From Octopus bimaculoides (taxonomy: Eukaryota): a DNA stretch of 64,000 nucleotides. Where the stretch lies: NCBI RefSeq assembly GCF_001194135.2, contig NC_068999.1:33234501-33298500 (forward strand), given 5' to 3'. The position numbers were made by a program, and so were the translations under genes. The first letter of the stretch is position 1; each line of letters begins with the position of its first letter. Below, piece by piece: positions 1 through 12,169 of the stretch. The notes under the pieces were generated by a model. It worked only from the letters and a program-made list of their open reading frames with translations, did not search any database and was not told the origin of the DNA.

Positions 1-132
1 CACAGATTTCACAATTTGCGAAGTAAACACAGCGATGTTACTCAGCACACTAACTCACTGCGTACACAACTGTGTGCTGTCATCTGTTGGCGCGCTACAG
101 AACTAGTGCGGGAACTTTTTGATGCCACCTAG
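1..132 (-). mobile_element. Mariner-like DNA transposon terminus (truncated by window edge)
   Basis: Minus strand reads TA|CTAGGTGGCATCAAAAAGTTCCCGCAC, resembling mariner TIRs and ending at a TA dinucleotide (133-134). Confidence 0.55.
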
Positions 133-139
133 TATATAT

Positions 140-300
140 GTACGACGGGCTTCTTCCAGTTTCTATCTATCAAATCCACTTTAAGGTTTTAGTCGGCTCG
201 AGGCTTTAGTAGAAGACCCACCGTGTCACGCAGTGTGACTGAACCCGGAATCATGTGTTTTGGAAGTTAGCTTCTTACCACACAGCCACACCTGCGCCTA
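140..300 (-). mobile_element. tRNA-derived SINE (family A), 5' part
   Basis: Minus strand GGCGCAGGTGTGGCTGTGTGGTAAGAAGC...GTTCAGTCACAC head; the same sequence recurs many times in the window. Confidence 0.85.
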
Positions 301-418
301 AACAGCCACTAGGAAAAGAACATGGCTGGGAGGGAAATCCCGAAGGTAGGCGCCGTTCCGGAGAGAGAGAGAACTGGATATTGTGAGGAGAGTGGGGATA
401 GGAGAGGGAATGATATAT

Positions 419-610
419 TGCTTCCAAATTTTGGCACAAGGCCAGCAATTTCGGGGATAAGTTGATTACACCAACCCCAATGATAAACTGGTACTTATTT
501 TATTGACCCTGAAAGGATAAAAGGCTAAGTCGATCTCGGCGCAATTTGAACTCAGAACATAAAGCTAAGCATTTTGTCATGTCTGCTAACTATTCTGCCA
601 GCACAGTGCC

Positions 611-665
<55 letters not shown>

Positions 666-937
666 TGATGATGATGATGACGACGACGACGATGACGATG
701 ACGATGATGATGATGATGATGATGATCCTTTCTATTAAAGGCACAAGGCCTGAAATTTGTGGGGAGAGGACTAGTCGATAACATCGACCCAGTGTTTCAC
801 TGGTACTAAATATATCGACCCTGAAATAATGAAAGGCAAAGTCGACCTCACAGCAATTTGAACTCAGAACGTAAAGACGAACCAAATGCTGGTGAGCATT
901 TTGCCCGGTATACTAACGATTTTGCCAGCTCGCAGCT
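419..937 (-). mobile_element. Two CORE/MIR-like SINE copies (family B; 419-606 and 728-937) separated by a (TAA)n/(GAT)n tract
   Basis: Both carry the GGCACAAGGC...GAAAGGCAAAGTCGACC...TTTGAACTCAGAAC body also seen at 13.4-14.1, 40.6, 44.8, 48.9 and 51.4-51.8 kb. Confidence 0.8.
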
Positions 938-1244
938 TTAGAGTGGATAAAATATTGATGACAAGAGGAAGAGGAGAGCCTTGGTGTGTCTTGTGAGATT
1001 GATGGCCTTGGTGTGTCTTGTGGTAATGAGACTAGCTAGATGTCGGCAGTAGCGTTGCTAGAGCTTGTGCCGTCCAAGACAGCCCTTGAGTTTGCCCCAC
1101 CCACTGAGTCCTCAAGCCTATACAATTAAGAAAAAAAATTCTGGTGTTGATTCGTTCAACTAAAATTTTTGAAGATGGTGCTCCAGCATTGTCACAGTCT
1201 AATGACTGAAATAAGTAAAAAGAAAGAAAAAGAGAAAATGATAC

Positions 1245-1410
1245 AGGCGTGGCTGTGTGGTAAGAAGCTTGCTTCCCAACCACATGGTTCCGGATTCAGT
1301 CCCACTGCGTGACACCTTGGGTAAGCATCTTCTACAATAGCTTCGGGCCGACCAAAGCCTTGTGAGTGGATTTGGTAGACGGAAACTGAAAGAAGCCCAT
1401 AGTGTATATA
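1245..1410 (+). mobile_element. SINE family A, 5' half (3' tail resumes at 5441-5528 after the Gypsy insertion)
   Basis: Head GGCGTGGCTGTGTGGTAAGAAGC through GAAACTGAAAGAAGCCC. The matching tail CAAAGAATAAGTCC...GCTCCAGCATGGCC...ACTGAAAC starts right after the LTR at 5441. Confidence 0.8.
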
Positions 1411-2029
1411 TATCATCACTCGCCCTCAGTCAAACACGCTGCTACTTGTACGAGTTCAGCTAGTCCATTCTCACAGGGGGTGTCATGATTCTCGCCATAA
1501 CATCTCCTCTTCTGAGATTTGACAAATGCAACTTGTTTATTTAATTTTATTCTTTTTTTTTCATCATCACCTCTCCCTTTTTTGAGATTTTAATTTCCTC
1601 AAAAGTTTTGATACTTCTTTCGCTTAGGGACTATTTCTAGTCGTTCTGTTTGTTTACGCTTTCTAATGCTGATCCACCTAGGTTCAACCTCTTTTGGCGT
1701 TGGAACATCGAACAAGTCATAATAAACTTCTATTGGTATTTTTTTCTCTTCCTTCGGTATGTCTAGACTTCAACTGGTTCAAATGTCATTTCTGCTCTCC
1801 TACTGGGCCTTTTATTATGTACATCATACTGCCTATTCTTTTCGTCTATTCTACACTGTCCTCCTAACCTTGTATTCCATTCTTATATATTTTGAAATGA
1901 ACTTTATCTCCCACATTAAAATACTTTGTTGTGTTTCTTGGGTTTTCTTTATAAGATTTTTTGTAGGTAATAATTTATCAAAAATTGATTTTTATCTTCA
2001 AGGCAAACATTAACTCTTCGAGTGACCGC

Positions 2030-3540
2030 GTTACCTTGTAAACCCTTAAGAATTGAGTTAGTGCTGCATCATTACCTAATTCATTTCCTGATCTTTTTAG
2101 TGCTCGCTTAAATGTGTCTACAAACCTTTCTGCTTGACCATTTGATCTCGAGTGATACGGCGGAGAAGAGATGTGATTGACTGCATATCTCTCACAGAAA
2201 TTTTAAAATTCGGACCCTGAAAACTGCGTTCCTTTATCCGATACTATGGTGTCCGGGACACCGTATCGCTCAAAAAGTTCGTGAAGGAACCTTATTGCTA
2301 CCTTCGAGGCTGACTGACTACATTTACATATCTCCGGCGACTTGGTATAGCTGTCTACTATGATCAGGTAATACACACCGTTTATCGGTCCAGCAAAATC
2401 TATATGTAACCTGGACCACTGACTGTCTGTTTTGGCCACGATTTGAATTTCACCGGTGGTGACTTTGCTGCGAGAGCACAATCTCTGCAGGATTTCACCA
2501 ATTATTCAATATTCCGATCAATATTAGGCCAATATACGTAATTCCTCATTACTGATTTCATTCTTGAAACTCTTGGGTGTCCCATACAAAATTCACTTAA
2601 TACACACTTTTGTAGTGCGGCTGGCACTACAGATCTTTGTACGTACTTCAACAAATTAACACACATAGAAAAATTGTTCGCCTTTGTGTTATGTATACTT
2701 TTCTTTTCTTTTACCTTCAACGTTTCTCTCATCTTTGCAATGAATTTGTCATTCTCCGATTTTAATTTTATATCTTGAACAATTACTGGCAACTCCCGAA
2801 AATGTTTTTTTCATTTTCCGCTCGTAACGTGGCAATCACGGTATCTTCGAACAGTTCCGTATTTTTTGGAATTAGCCTTGATAAATAATCCGTATGGCCT
2901 AACCTCTTGGATGGTATATACTCCATCTTAAAGTCATAATTCAACAATATCGCACTCAGGCGTTGTAACCTATTTGCAGTATGGGTAGGAATTCCTTTCT
3001 TCGACTCCAAAATTGATAATAATGGTCGGTGATCAGTCTGTAGCCGAAAACTTCTACCGTGCAAAAATCTGTGACATTTCTTCACGGCAGAAATGATCGC
3101 TAGGGCTTCTTTCTCTATTTGACTATAATTTTTCTCTGTCTCTATCAGAGAACACGAAGCTTGAACCACCGCTTTTATATTACCGTCTTTATATTTGTGT
3201 AGCATTACTGCTCTTATGCTGTATTCAGAAGCGCCAGAAGCTACAATAATCTGCGCTGCAGGATCGTCAAATGTCGTTTGACAATTGTTTGACCAATTCC
3301 ACTTCACATCCTTTTTTAGCAAATTATTTAATGGAGCTCTCAGTTCATGCATATCTGGTATATAATTTTGATAATAATTCGCTAGACCTAGAAAAGCTTG
3401 TATGGTCGTTATATTAGTCGGAGGAGGCATATTTTAAATTGCGTCTGCCCTCGACGGGTTAGGTTGTCAACCATTCCTGTCGATAATCCTAAATACTTAA
3501 TTTTAGGTAAGAAAAATTCACATTTTTCCCTCACTCAGTG
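2030..3540 (-). pseudogene. pol: Gypsy pol remnant (RT end, RNase H, integrase H2C2 and core), frameshifted
   Basis: ORF translations FLGLANYY, NYSQIEKEALAII, TDHRPLLSI (RNase H), HPRVSRMKSVMRNYVYWPNID (integrase zinc-binding) and RLHIDFAGP...VPDTIVSDKGTQF (integrase core). Confidence 0.93.
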
Positions 3541-3899
3541 TGAAACCGTAATGTCTTATTTTTTCAAAAACATTTTACATGCTCGACAGTATCAATAATT
3601 GTAATGTTGCTACCTGTGTCTAGTTTCGCGTTCGTGTCGTTTATTTTTACATACAAATATTTTCTTTTTCGGGTGCCGTCACGACTTTCCGTTGAGCAAA
3701 CCGTTTTTGAAGAATTTTTTTCCCAACCATTTTTGCTTCGCCATGCAGTATGAGCTTTTATGTCCTATTTTTTTGCAACTAAAACATTTCCGAGTTTTAG
3801 ATCAACAGTCTTTCTTAAAATGCAGACCTTCACAACCATAGCATGGATTAAGTCATAACATTCTTTTTTCTTTATTTATTCCCGGTCGACATGTCTGTA

Positions 3900-5060
3900 C
3901 TTGAGAGAAATTTTGTTCTTCAATTTTCTTTACGTCCTGCGCAAGTTGTTAATTCTTTGACATTCCTCTGCTACTGCCTGCCTGCAGGGTTGAATTCTTA
4001 TCCTGTGTAGTTTTGTAAGAATCCGTGCACGTATTTCTGCATCTTTGTTTGCCGTCTAATCTTGCACAAAGATGAGGCATTTAAACATGTCAGGAGAAAA
4101 TTCCTTCAGTTTAAATTTTTCGCACATTCTATTTACGGTTCCGGCATATGACCAAATCGTCGTCCTCTTTTTTTTTTTTTTACTAAGTTTAAAAACTCTC
4201 ATTGAATATTAAATAGGGAACTCTTATCGTTGAACATTTTGGATAGCAATTCAATGGTTTCCTCGAAACAAATTTCACTTTTTAGGCAAGATAAAATTGC
4301 AGTATTTGTCATGTTTTGAAGGAGTAAAGATTATTTGCCAACATAACATGGCAGTCCTGGTTTAAGACGATTGTTGCTGTAATTTAACCCCAGGAGACAT
4401 CGTCTCCAGTTGGCTATACGACACGATATGTGTCCTTATATTTTCGAACAAGGGAATCTATCACCCCCACTCAGTTCAAAACAATATCTGTGTATCGTTA
4501 TTTCTGGGTTATTTCTCTTCATCAGCACAGAATAATTGTTCTGTGCCGAGTGGGGGTGATACATTCCCTTGTTTGAAAATATAAGGACACAGATCGTGTC
4601 GTATAGTCAACTGGAAACGATGTCGCCTGGGGCTAAATTATAGCAACATTCGTCCTAAACCAGGACTGCCATGTTATGTTGGCAAATAATCTTTACTCCA
4701 AAGTACTGTTGCTGAATATCTCTCGTTGTGAGATTTACATATAGTAATTTTCTAATTCGTAACAGTAGTTTCACTTTTTCATTGGCTGTCCAACACTTGC
4801 ACTCTTCCATGAAGATTTCTTCATATCTTCTGAAGTACGCCGAAAAAGTTATACCCTCTCCTGGGCTATAACTAAATTCAGTTATAGTATTCGCTACGCC
4901 ATCTGGCGAAAATGAACTTGCAGAGTTTCCCCGACTTCAACATCAGTTCCAGCAACTGATTGTGTTGTAGTTGTTGGTGCAACTCCTGTTTCTGCTGTTG
5001 CTATTGCTTTTGCAACTGTAATATATCAGCTAATAGGTCTTGCATAATTAACGAATTTTT
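3900..5060 (-). pseudogene. gag: Gypsy gag remnant interrupted by a foldback element
   Basis: Manual translation gives TEFSYSPGEGITFSAYFRRYEEIFMEECKCWTANEKVKLLLR, then HDKYCNFILPK after the insertion. Confidence 0.7.
4321..4699. mobile_element. Foldback/MITE-like element with about 160-bp inverted arms
   Basis: GGAGTAAAGATTATTTGCCAACATAACATGGCAGTCCTGGTTT at 4321 is the reverse complement of the sequence ending ...GGCAAATAATCTTTACTCC at 4699; arms stay complementary to about 4490/4535. Confidence 0.88.
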
Positions 5061-5534
5061 TGTATTATAAAAAATTGTTTACGGCCAACATAAGCTTCGA
5101 ATCACTCCTCGCCACTTTTATAACGTGGTTTCTGTATATGTGACCTTAGTGCCGTGTACTAATAACAGTGTGATATACAATACCACGGAACGAGGTGGAC
5201 ACAAACTGTCTCCACTTGATGTATTCCCAAATACTCTGCCATCAACTGTAACCAATGCAAAACAACTCTCAACAAACTATAACAACTTCTCAACTATTTC
5301 CTGCAACTCCACGAACTCACGAGCAACACCTTCCGACTTCCTGCGATTTCTCATCACTCGCCCTCAATCAAACACGTTGCTACTTATACGAGTTCGGTTA
5401 GTCCATTCTCACTGGGGGTGACATGATTCTCACCATAACACAAAGAATAAGTCCTAGGGCCGATTTCTTCGACTACAGGCGATGCTCCAGCATGGCCACA
5501 GTCAAATAACTGAAACGTGTAAAAGAGTTATGTG

Positions 5535-5583
<49 letters not shown>

Positions 5584-5629
5584 ACACGTGTGTGTGTGTG
5601 TGTGTGTACACATGTGTGTGTGTGTGTAC

Positions 5630-5675
<46 letters not shown>

Positions 5676-6497
5676 ACATACATGTATGTGTGTGTGTGTG
5701 TATGTTATATCCATCACACACCACAAGGTGATGAATTGCTGGAATCTTAAGAGCACGATTGAGTATTTTATGGTATTCATTCTGACTTTCTGCGCTATGG
5801 GTTCAAATCTTACCGTTATCAACTTTACCTTCTTTCGGCGACTCCATCAATACCAATTCAGGATGATGGATTGGTATAACTGCTAGTGCATCGGTTGGGA
5901 TGCTTTGAAATGTCTGTTGTGACTCTGTTTTCCAACTACAACCTTTGTAGAAACACTGGTGCCAAACTGTATAGGCCCGTTCATGTTCCTTTGGACATCA
6001 TACTTAAGGAGAAAACTTGTATGAATGGACAACTGTTAGTTTTCTTAAAAAAAAGACAAAAAAAAAAACAGCAAAAAAAAATTCTTGTCCAAGCTTGCGT
6101 CTGGAGTAGGAACTTTTCCGGTGCAGAAAATATTGATCAACCAAAAGTGAGAAGGACCCAAACCTTTCGGACAAAATCTTAACTGCCGCAAACATCATTT
6201 AAGAAATATCTGGATTTTGTTGTGTCTGCCTTTGGAATGTATATTTCTATGGTGCGTGTGCATTTTGTGGTGGATTGATAACGCTGCAAATATTGACAAA
6301 CGACTAGAAGAATTTGTTCCGGCTCTTTGCGTTCTAAGTCGAAATGTCGCCGATATCAATCAAGTTTGCGTTTCATCTTTACGGGGATGACAAATAAAAA
6401 ATGGAGATTAATTTCTCTCTCTTTCACAAACACACAATCAGCTGTAGGAAGGATATGGAACGCCATACATGCCCCTTCCTGCAAAGACAACAATCAT

Positions 6498-7452
6498 CTG
6501 TGGTCTGCTAGTGAAGACTGTGATTGCAGTGGAAACCTGTGATTGGTAAGGAAGCTTGTGGTCATTGTGGAAGTCTTCAGCCGCTTTAAAAGCCTATGGT
6601 CGCCGTGGGAATCTGTGTCCATTGTGAAATATTATGTTTGCTATCGAAGTCTTGGGTCTGTAATCAGTAATTTCAGTGAGTATGGATTCTGTAGTCATTG
6701 TGGATGGTCATTGTGGAAGATTGCGGTCATTGTGAAAGTCTTTAGTTATAGTAGAAACCTGTAGAAAGCTGTGGCAACCATGGAACTCTGTGGTCAATAT
6801 GGAAGATAATGGTCACTGTGGAAATCTGTGGTAGCTGTGGAAGCCTGTGGTAATTGTAATAGTTCACGGTCACTGTGGAAGACGGTGATTCTCGCTATGA
6901 ATATCTGTGGTCAACCTGGGTGATTTTGGTCATTTTGGAAGGTTGTGGTCATTGTGAAAGTCCATGGTCGCTGTAGAAGTCTGTGGTCGTTGTTGAAGTC
7001 ATTGATCACTGTGGAAATCTGTGATCAAAGTAGAAATCTGTAGTTGCTGTAGAAAAGTGTAGCCCATGTGGAAACCTGTGGTCGCTGTGGAAAACAATGG
7101 TTACTGTGGAAGTCTGGGATAGCTGTGCAATACTGTGGTCGATGTGGAAGTCCGTGGTAGCCGTAATAGTTCATGGTCGCTTTGTAACATGATGGTCATT
7201 GTAAAAGTCTGCGGTTACTGTGAATATCTGTTGTCGCTATGGAAGGCTCTACTCAATATGAAAGACTGTGGTTGTTGGCTATGGAAGATGTTGGTCACTA
7301 TGGAAAACTGTGGAAGTCTGTGGTCAATACGAAAATCTAAGGTCGCTGTGCAATTATGTGGTCGTTGTGGTTGACAACGACTACTGTAGAGTTCTAAGGC
7401 CACTGCGGAAGTCTTTTGTCACTATGAAAGCCTATGGTCTCTGTGAAATTCT
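6498..7452. repeat. Degenerate ~19-bp tandem minisatellite (TGGTCACTGTGGAAATCTG-like unit)
   Basis: Recurrent TGGTCAxTGTGGAAxxCTG units in tandem, with no unique spacers. Confidence 0.85.
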
Positions 7453-8883
7453 GCTAATTGTTTAACCCACATAAATAACGTTTATTCCGGTAGAGTATGG
7501 TACATGTTGTTGTTGATGATGATGATGTGTAAGTATGATACAAATACCTTCATACATAGTCACAAACATGTATGTATGTATGTATGTATGTATGTATGTA
7601 TGTATGTATGTATGTATGTATGTATGTACGTGTGTATGTATGAAAAACGTTAGATACTTTCCATTCCCACGTAATTTTTCAGTCAATTAACCTCATCTCC
7701 ATAGATGAAACAACTTTTAAACCTTGCATATTAAAAAAATATTTCATCTGTAAAAATAAAGTTGTCTGAAAAATTAGAAATCTATCAACAATAGCTAATG
7801 TAAGATATTCCATATAATATACACTTGCTCCTATATGTATATTAACAGAGTTATGTAATATTCCTACCTATCTACAACCATATATATATATATATATANN
7901 NNNNNNNNNNNNNNNNNNNNNNNNNNNNNNNNNNNNNNNNNNNNNNNNNNNNNNNNNNNNNNNNNNNNNNNNNNNNNNNNNNNNNNNNNNNNNNNNNNNN
8001 NNNNNNNNNNNNNNNNNNNNNNNNNNNNNNNNNNNNNNNNNNNNNNNNNNNNNNNNNNNNNNNNNNNNNNNNNNNNNNNNNNNNNNNNNNNNNNNNNNNN
8101 NNNNNNNNNNNNNNNNNNNNNNNNNNNNNNNNNNNNNNNNNNNNNNNNNNNNNNNNNNNNNNNNNNNNNNNNNNNNNNNNNNNNNNNNNNNNNNNNNNNN
8201 NNNNNNNNNNNNNNNNNNNNNNNNNNNNNNNNNNNNNNNNNNNNNNNNNNNNNNNNNNNNNNNNNNNNNNNNNNNNNNNNNNNNNNNNNNNNNNNNNNNN
8301 NNNNNNNNNNNNNNNNNNNNNNNNNNNNNNNNNNNNNNNNNNNNNNNNNNNNNNNNNNNNNNNNNNNNNNNNNNNNNNNNNNNNNNNNNNNNNNNNNNNN
8401 NNNNNNNNNNNNNNNNNNNNNNNNNNNNNNNNNNNNNNNNNNNNNNNNNNNNNNNNNNNNNNNNNNNNNNNNNNNNNNNNNNNNNNNNNNNNNNNNNNNN
8501 NNNNNNNNNNNNNNNNNNNNNNNNNNNNNNNNNNNNNNNNNNNNNNNNNNNNNNNNNNNNNNNNNNNNNNNNNNNNNNNNNNNNNNNNNNNNNNNNNNNN
8601 NNNNNNNNNNNNNNNNNNNNNNNNNNNNNNNNNNNNNNNNNNNNNNNNNNNNNNNNNNNNNNNNNNNNNNNNNNNNNNNNNNNNNNNNNNNNNNNNNNNN
8701 NNNNNNNNNNNNNNNNNNNNNNNNNNNNNNNNNNNNNNNNNNNNNNNNNNNNNNNNNNNNNNNNCGGCGGTGATAAAATTATTATTTCCTTGTCAAAAAA
8801 TGGCTGAAGCATATTGGCAGTAGCTAATTAAACCTTTCTATTATAGGCACAAGGCATGGTTTTTGAGGGAAAGAGCAAGTCAA

Positions 8884-8901
8884 TTAGGGTTAGGGTTAGG
8901 G
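8884..8901 (+). repeat. Interstitial telomeric repeat (TTAGGG)3
   Basis: Three exact TTAGGG units joined to a truncated SINE B fragment. Confidence 0.7.
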
Positions 8902-9058
8902 AAAACGAGCACACGTGTGTTGCCTCTGCAAAATGTCAGAAGTAATGGAGATTAAATACGCTTTACACCGCTTAGGAGTAAGTGTAAACAGCTGAATACT
9001 TGTCAGTGATTGGTTGAAATTATCGAAATAAGACAATTTTTTACATGANNNNNNNNNN

Positions 9059-9072
9059 CGCTCTTCCGATCT
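9059..9072 (+). other. Illumina adapter remnant (assembly artefact)
   Basis: CGCTCTTCCGATCT immediately follows a 10-N gap and equals the 3' end of the Illumina read-1 primer/adapter. Confidence 0.85.
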
Positions 9073-9469
9073 TAACACAAAAAGATAAGTATACGAAGTT
9101 TGAAAGTCTTTCGGTACCAAAAACACTACATAAAACATTAATGAAAACTGGTGCCCCCGTTTTGAACAAGATCCAAGGACTGAATTAAAAATGAAGAGAA
9201 GCAGTTAAAGAAAACGATATGAGAATAGAATAGACCAGTTTGGACAAAACGGGTTATTTCACAATAACCAGAAGAGATAGTTTGAAAACATTCGTGAGAG
9301 TAGGAAGACGTAAACACGAAGTATCTGATGCAGAGAAAGGTAGAAAGTTTTGAGGTGATATGTAGAATAAGAAAGATAGTCCCAAGAAGGAGATGGAGAT
9401 GAATAAAAGATGATAAACTAAGAAGAATAAAGCATCAGAAAACGAGTTTCCGAAGTACCTAAATGGAAG

Positions 9470-9780
9470 TTAGCCGTGCTAGACGAGGGTAAAGACCCAC
9501 TTCGGTAATGAATGACAACGGGATTGTACCTCGAAAGTTATCCTTCGAGGCACAAGTCCGGGCAAGGTTGTTTATGGAAGACCAGCTGTCGCCCATGCAT
9601 ACCAGCCTCATCTCTCTATGCCACCGATGTTATCCAAGGAAAAGGCAAATGCCAATAGAGTTTGGCACCAATGACGTCACAATTCAATTCTACAGATGAG
9701 TGAATCGGAGCAAGGCGAAATAAAGTGTCTTGCTCAAGAACACAACATACAACTCGGTCTGGGAACCGAACTCAACCAAA
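9470..9780 (-). mobile_element. Composite SINE-type repeat (tRNA-like head on minus strand); second copy at 60755-61095
   Basis: Shared GGGCAAGGTTGTTTATGGAAGACCAGC...GAAATAAAGTGTCTTGCTCAAGAACACAAC between the two loci. Confidence 0.7.
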
Positions 9781-10018
9781 CAAGTATTGACTAAGTTATT
9801 TGATAGCATAACCCTTTAGCATTTAAACCGGCCATATCCAGCCAAAATGTTCTCCCTATTTTATGTTCAAAATGGTCAGATTCAACCTTACACACTTTTC
9901 CTACAATGTCATTCAAAAAATAAACAGCCACATCATCAAAATCTCAAAGCTATGAGATGATAAATAATTAGTTGAAAATAATTTGGATAAACATTACGTT
10001 TGACAGGGTTAAACTTAG

Positions 10019-10130
10019 TTGACCAAGGACAAGACCTCTGTTATGATGAAAGAAAAGCAAAAAAATACCGAGGCCTCAAACTACAGACCAATTACTTGTT
10101 TGCCACTACTAAGGAAACTGAAAAGTATAT
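10019..10130 (+). mobile_element. R4/Dong-type LINE RT fragment
   Basis: Translation KQKNTEASNYRPITCLPLLRKL, a typical N-terminal RT motif; a weaker related fragment lies at about 9200-9300 (RIDQFGQNGLFHNNQKR). Confidence 0.65.
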
Positions 10131-10204
10131 TCGTGAATATGAACCCCAGAAGTTGTCAACCGCAACTGCAACAGAATGAGAGAATTCCCAGTCCTGTGAG
10201 TTGA

Positions 10205-11510
10205 GGAGTAGTGGAACTGCTGAGAAAGGGCCCGAACAAAGGGCATCATATGGATAATTTTCGGCCTGTTACTCTGCTAAATGCAGAGTTCAAGATTTTG
10301 GCCAAGATGTTTGCAAAGAGGTTGGCGCTTGTCATTGATGGTCTGATTGGTGAAGCACAGCTATGTGCCATCCCAAACAAATTCATCCCAAACAATCTTC
10401 ATCTCATGCAATAAATTATATAAAGGGTAGATAACGGACCTGGTACTGATGAGTCTCTGATCAACCAAGATCAATCGAAAGCTTTTGATAAAGTCGACCA
10501 TAAGTATTTGGTGGCTATTGCCAAAGTGTTTGGTTTCGACTCCGTTTTCAAGGGCTGGATAGTTTCAACATATGCTCCGTGGTCGGGGTAAATGACCACC
10601 TATCAGAACAACTCAGTATCATGCACTCAGTTGCCAAGGTTGTCCCCTTTCGTCTCTTTTCTATGTATTGACTCTAGAAACACTATTATGGAAACTAGAA
10701 AGTAGAAACGTTGAGGGACATCCCGCGCAAACTAGGATGTGGAAGATCTGTATCAGCATATGCAAGGTGATTAGCAGCGTTCTAAGAAAATACGAGGTGG
10801 TCGCTGGAGTAAAAATTAACCAGGAAAAAGTCAATGGGTCTGCAGTTAGGTACCTGGAGAGACAGGTCCATGCCGTTTAACAGTGTTGTGGAGTGATGGA
10901 AGGGCGGAAGGGTTGGGTGGCCAGTCTAATTCAGAAATGTCCTAAAAAGAAGTCATTCTCGAAAAGTCGGGTGGAGGCGGTGAATGCCTGCACCACATCC
11001 GTCATCTGTTGCCGCCTGACCATCGTGCCTTGCTCCGTTTCAAGTCTAAATAGGCTGGAGCGTCTGATCTTTTAATTTTTGTGCAGACGGTCCATTTGTT
11101 GTCGACACCTGCTGTTGGAAGGACTGGGTATACCGTGACAAATGATACTCAGACATATGCAGAGGTAGCGGCATCATATTTTCCCTCCACTGCTCACTAT
11201 CAAGGTGAGCAGTGGCGGGAGAGCATAATAGCATCCTTGGAGAATCTCTGGGCATCGATGAACATCAATTGGCTGGTCTGATCCAGACGACTTTGGGATA
11301 ATTACTCCAAATTTCTTGTCAGGCAATGTTACTGGAGGTGGGCGCATTTCCGGTTTGAGATAAACACAGTTTGCACGATAGTGCCGTGAGCTAGGCTTGT
11401 TCAAGTTGACGAAACGGCAGACTGACGAAACTGTTCTGCACACACTCGCCCAGTGTCCAAGCATTGCCATTTTATGGGTTTATGTCGAACAATAGCTGTC
11501 AGATGTTTGG
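10205..11510 (+). mobile_element. Tx1/L1-clade LINE ORF2 remnant
   Basis: NFRPVTLLNAEFKILAKMFAKRLALVIDGLIGEAQ, DQSKAFDKVDHKYL, TLETLLWKLE and a C-terminal ETVLHTLAQCP knuckle; many frameshifts. Confidence 0.85.
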
Positions 11511-12027
11511 GTTCATATCAATGCATGTGAATCATTGCTATTCTAGACAAAACATGATAAAATATTGCGTCTCTTCATGTAGCTAAAGAAAATAGCTAGA
11601 TGGTTGTTCTGGAGAAGTTAATACTTTAGACTAGTAATTGTTGACAGAATTAACATATATCTATACATTCACGATCACTCTTGTAATATGAAACTGAGAA
11701 TTTCGTTACTATGCCTTTTGTAAATTTACATTCTTTCTTTTAACTTCAAGTAGAACTAGCTGTAACTGCACAGATATTGTCTGAAGCATGAAACACAGAC
11801 AACATATTAAATTTAATGCAAAAGAATTAAAACCTTGATGTGTCAACATCGCATCTTTACAAGTTCATTGTAGTAAGCAGAAAGGTTGTTAATCTGATTA
11901 TCACGATATCAACTAGTCTGTAAGATACAGAAAACGTTTATTGACCTAAAGTGGAATAAAAAAAAACCAACAAAAAATTCAATACGAATTCAAGGTCCTT
12001 TTCATTATAATTCACATTTAATTTGCA

Positions 12028-12063
<36 letters not shown>

Positions 12064-12169
12064 TCACTTTTACTACTTCTTATTTATCTATGCCACGTCT
12101 CAACTGCATCCTGCAGCTTAAAGACGCAACACTTTTCTCAACACATGAGCTGTTTCAAATATTGTTGGT

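Larger units (their letters stand above)
1413..5440 (-). mobile_element. Ty3/Gypsy LTR retrotransposon, degenerate and internally deleted
   Basis: 5' LTR about 5117-5440 starting TGTTATGG; PBS-like TGGCG at 5110-5114; gag and pol remnants; PPT AGAAGAGGAGA at 1503-1513; 3' LTR remnant 1413-1502 matching 5351-5440 with 8 mismatches in 90 nt. Confidence 0.92.

Noticed and set aside
5473-5886. ORFs rich in HT/YI/CV/MYVC dipeptides here and at about 7.5, 18.6-19.2, 26, 28.8, 35.4, 39.1, 46.5, 52.3, 53.2 and 57.4 kb
   Set aside because: Translations of (CA)n, (TA)n and (TATG)n microsatellites.
5720-6420. Complex non-microsatellite sequence with short ORFs on both strands
   Set aside because: No recognisable motif and no consistent splice-bounded frame; possibly an old TE; unassigned.
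6498-7452. CRISPR-like periodicity
   Set aside because: Contiguous degenerate units without unique spacers, a eukaryotic context and no cas genes.
7868-8812. Long ORFs spanning N runs (also 26.6-27.3, 33.5-34.0, 43.8-44.1, 55.6-56.5, 59.3-59.9 kb)
   Set aside because: Open only because N codons lack stops.
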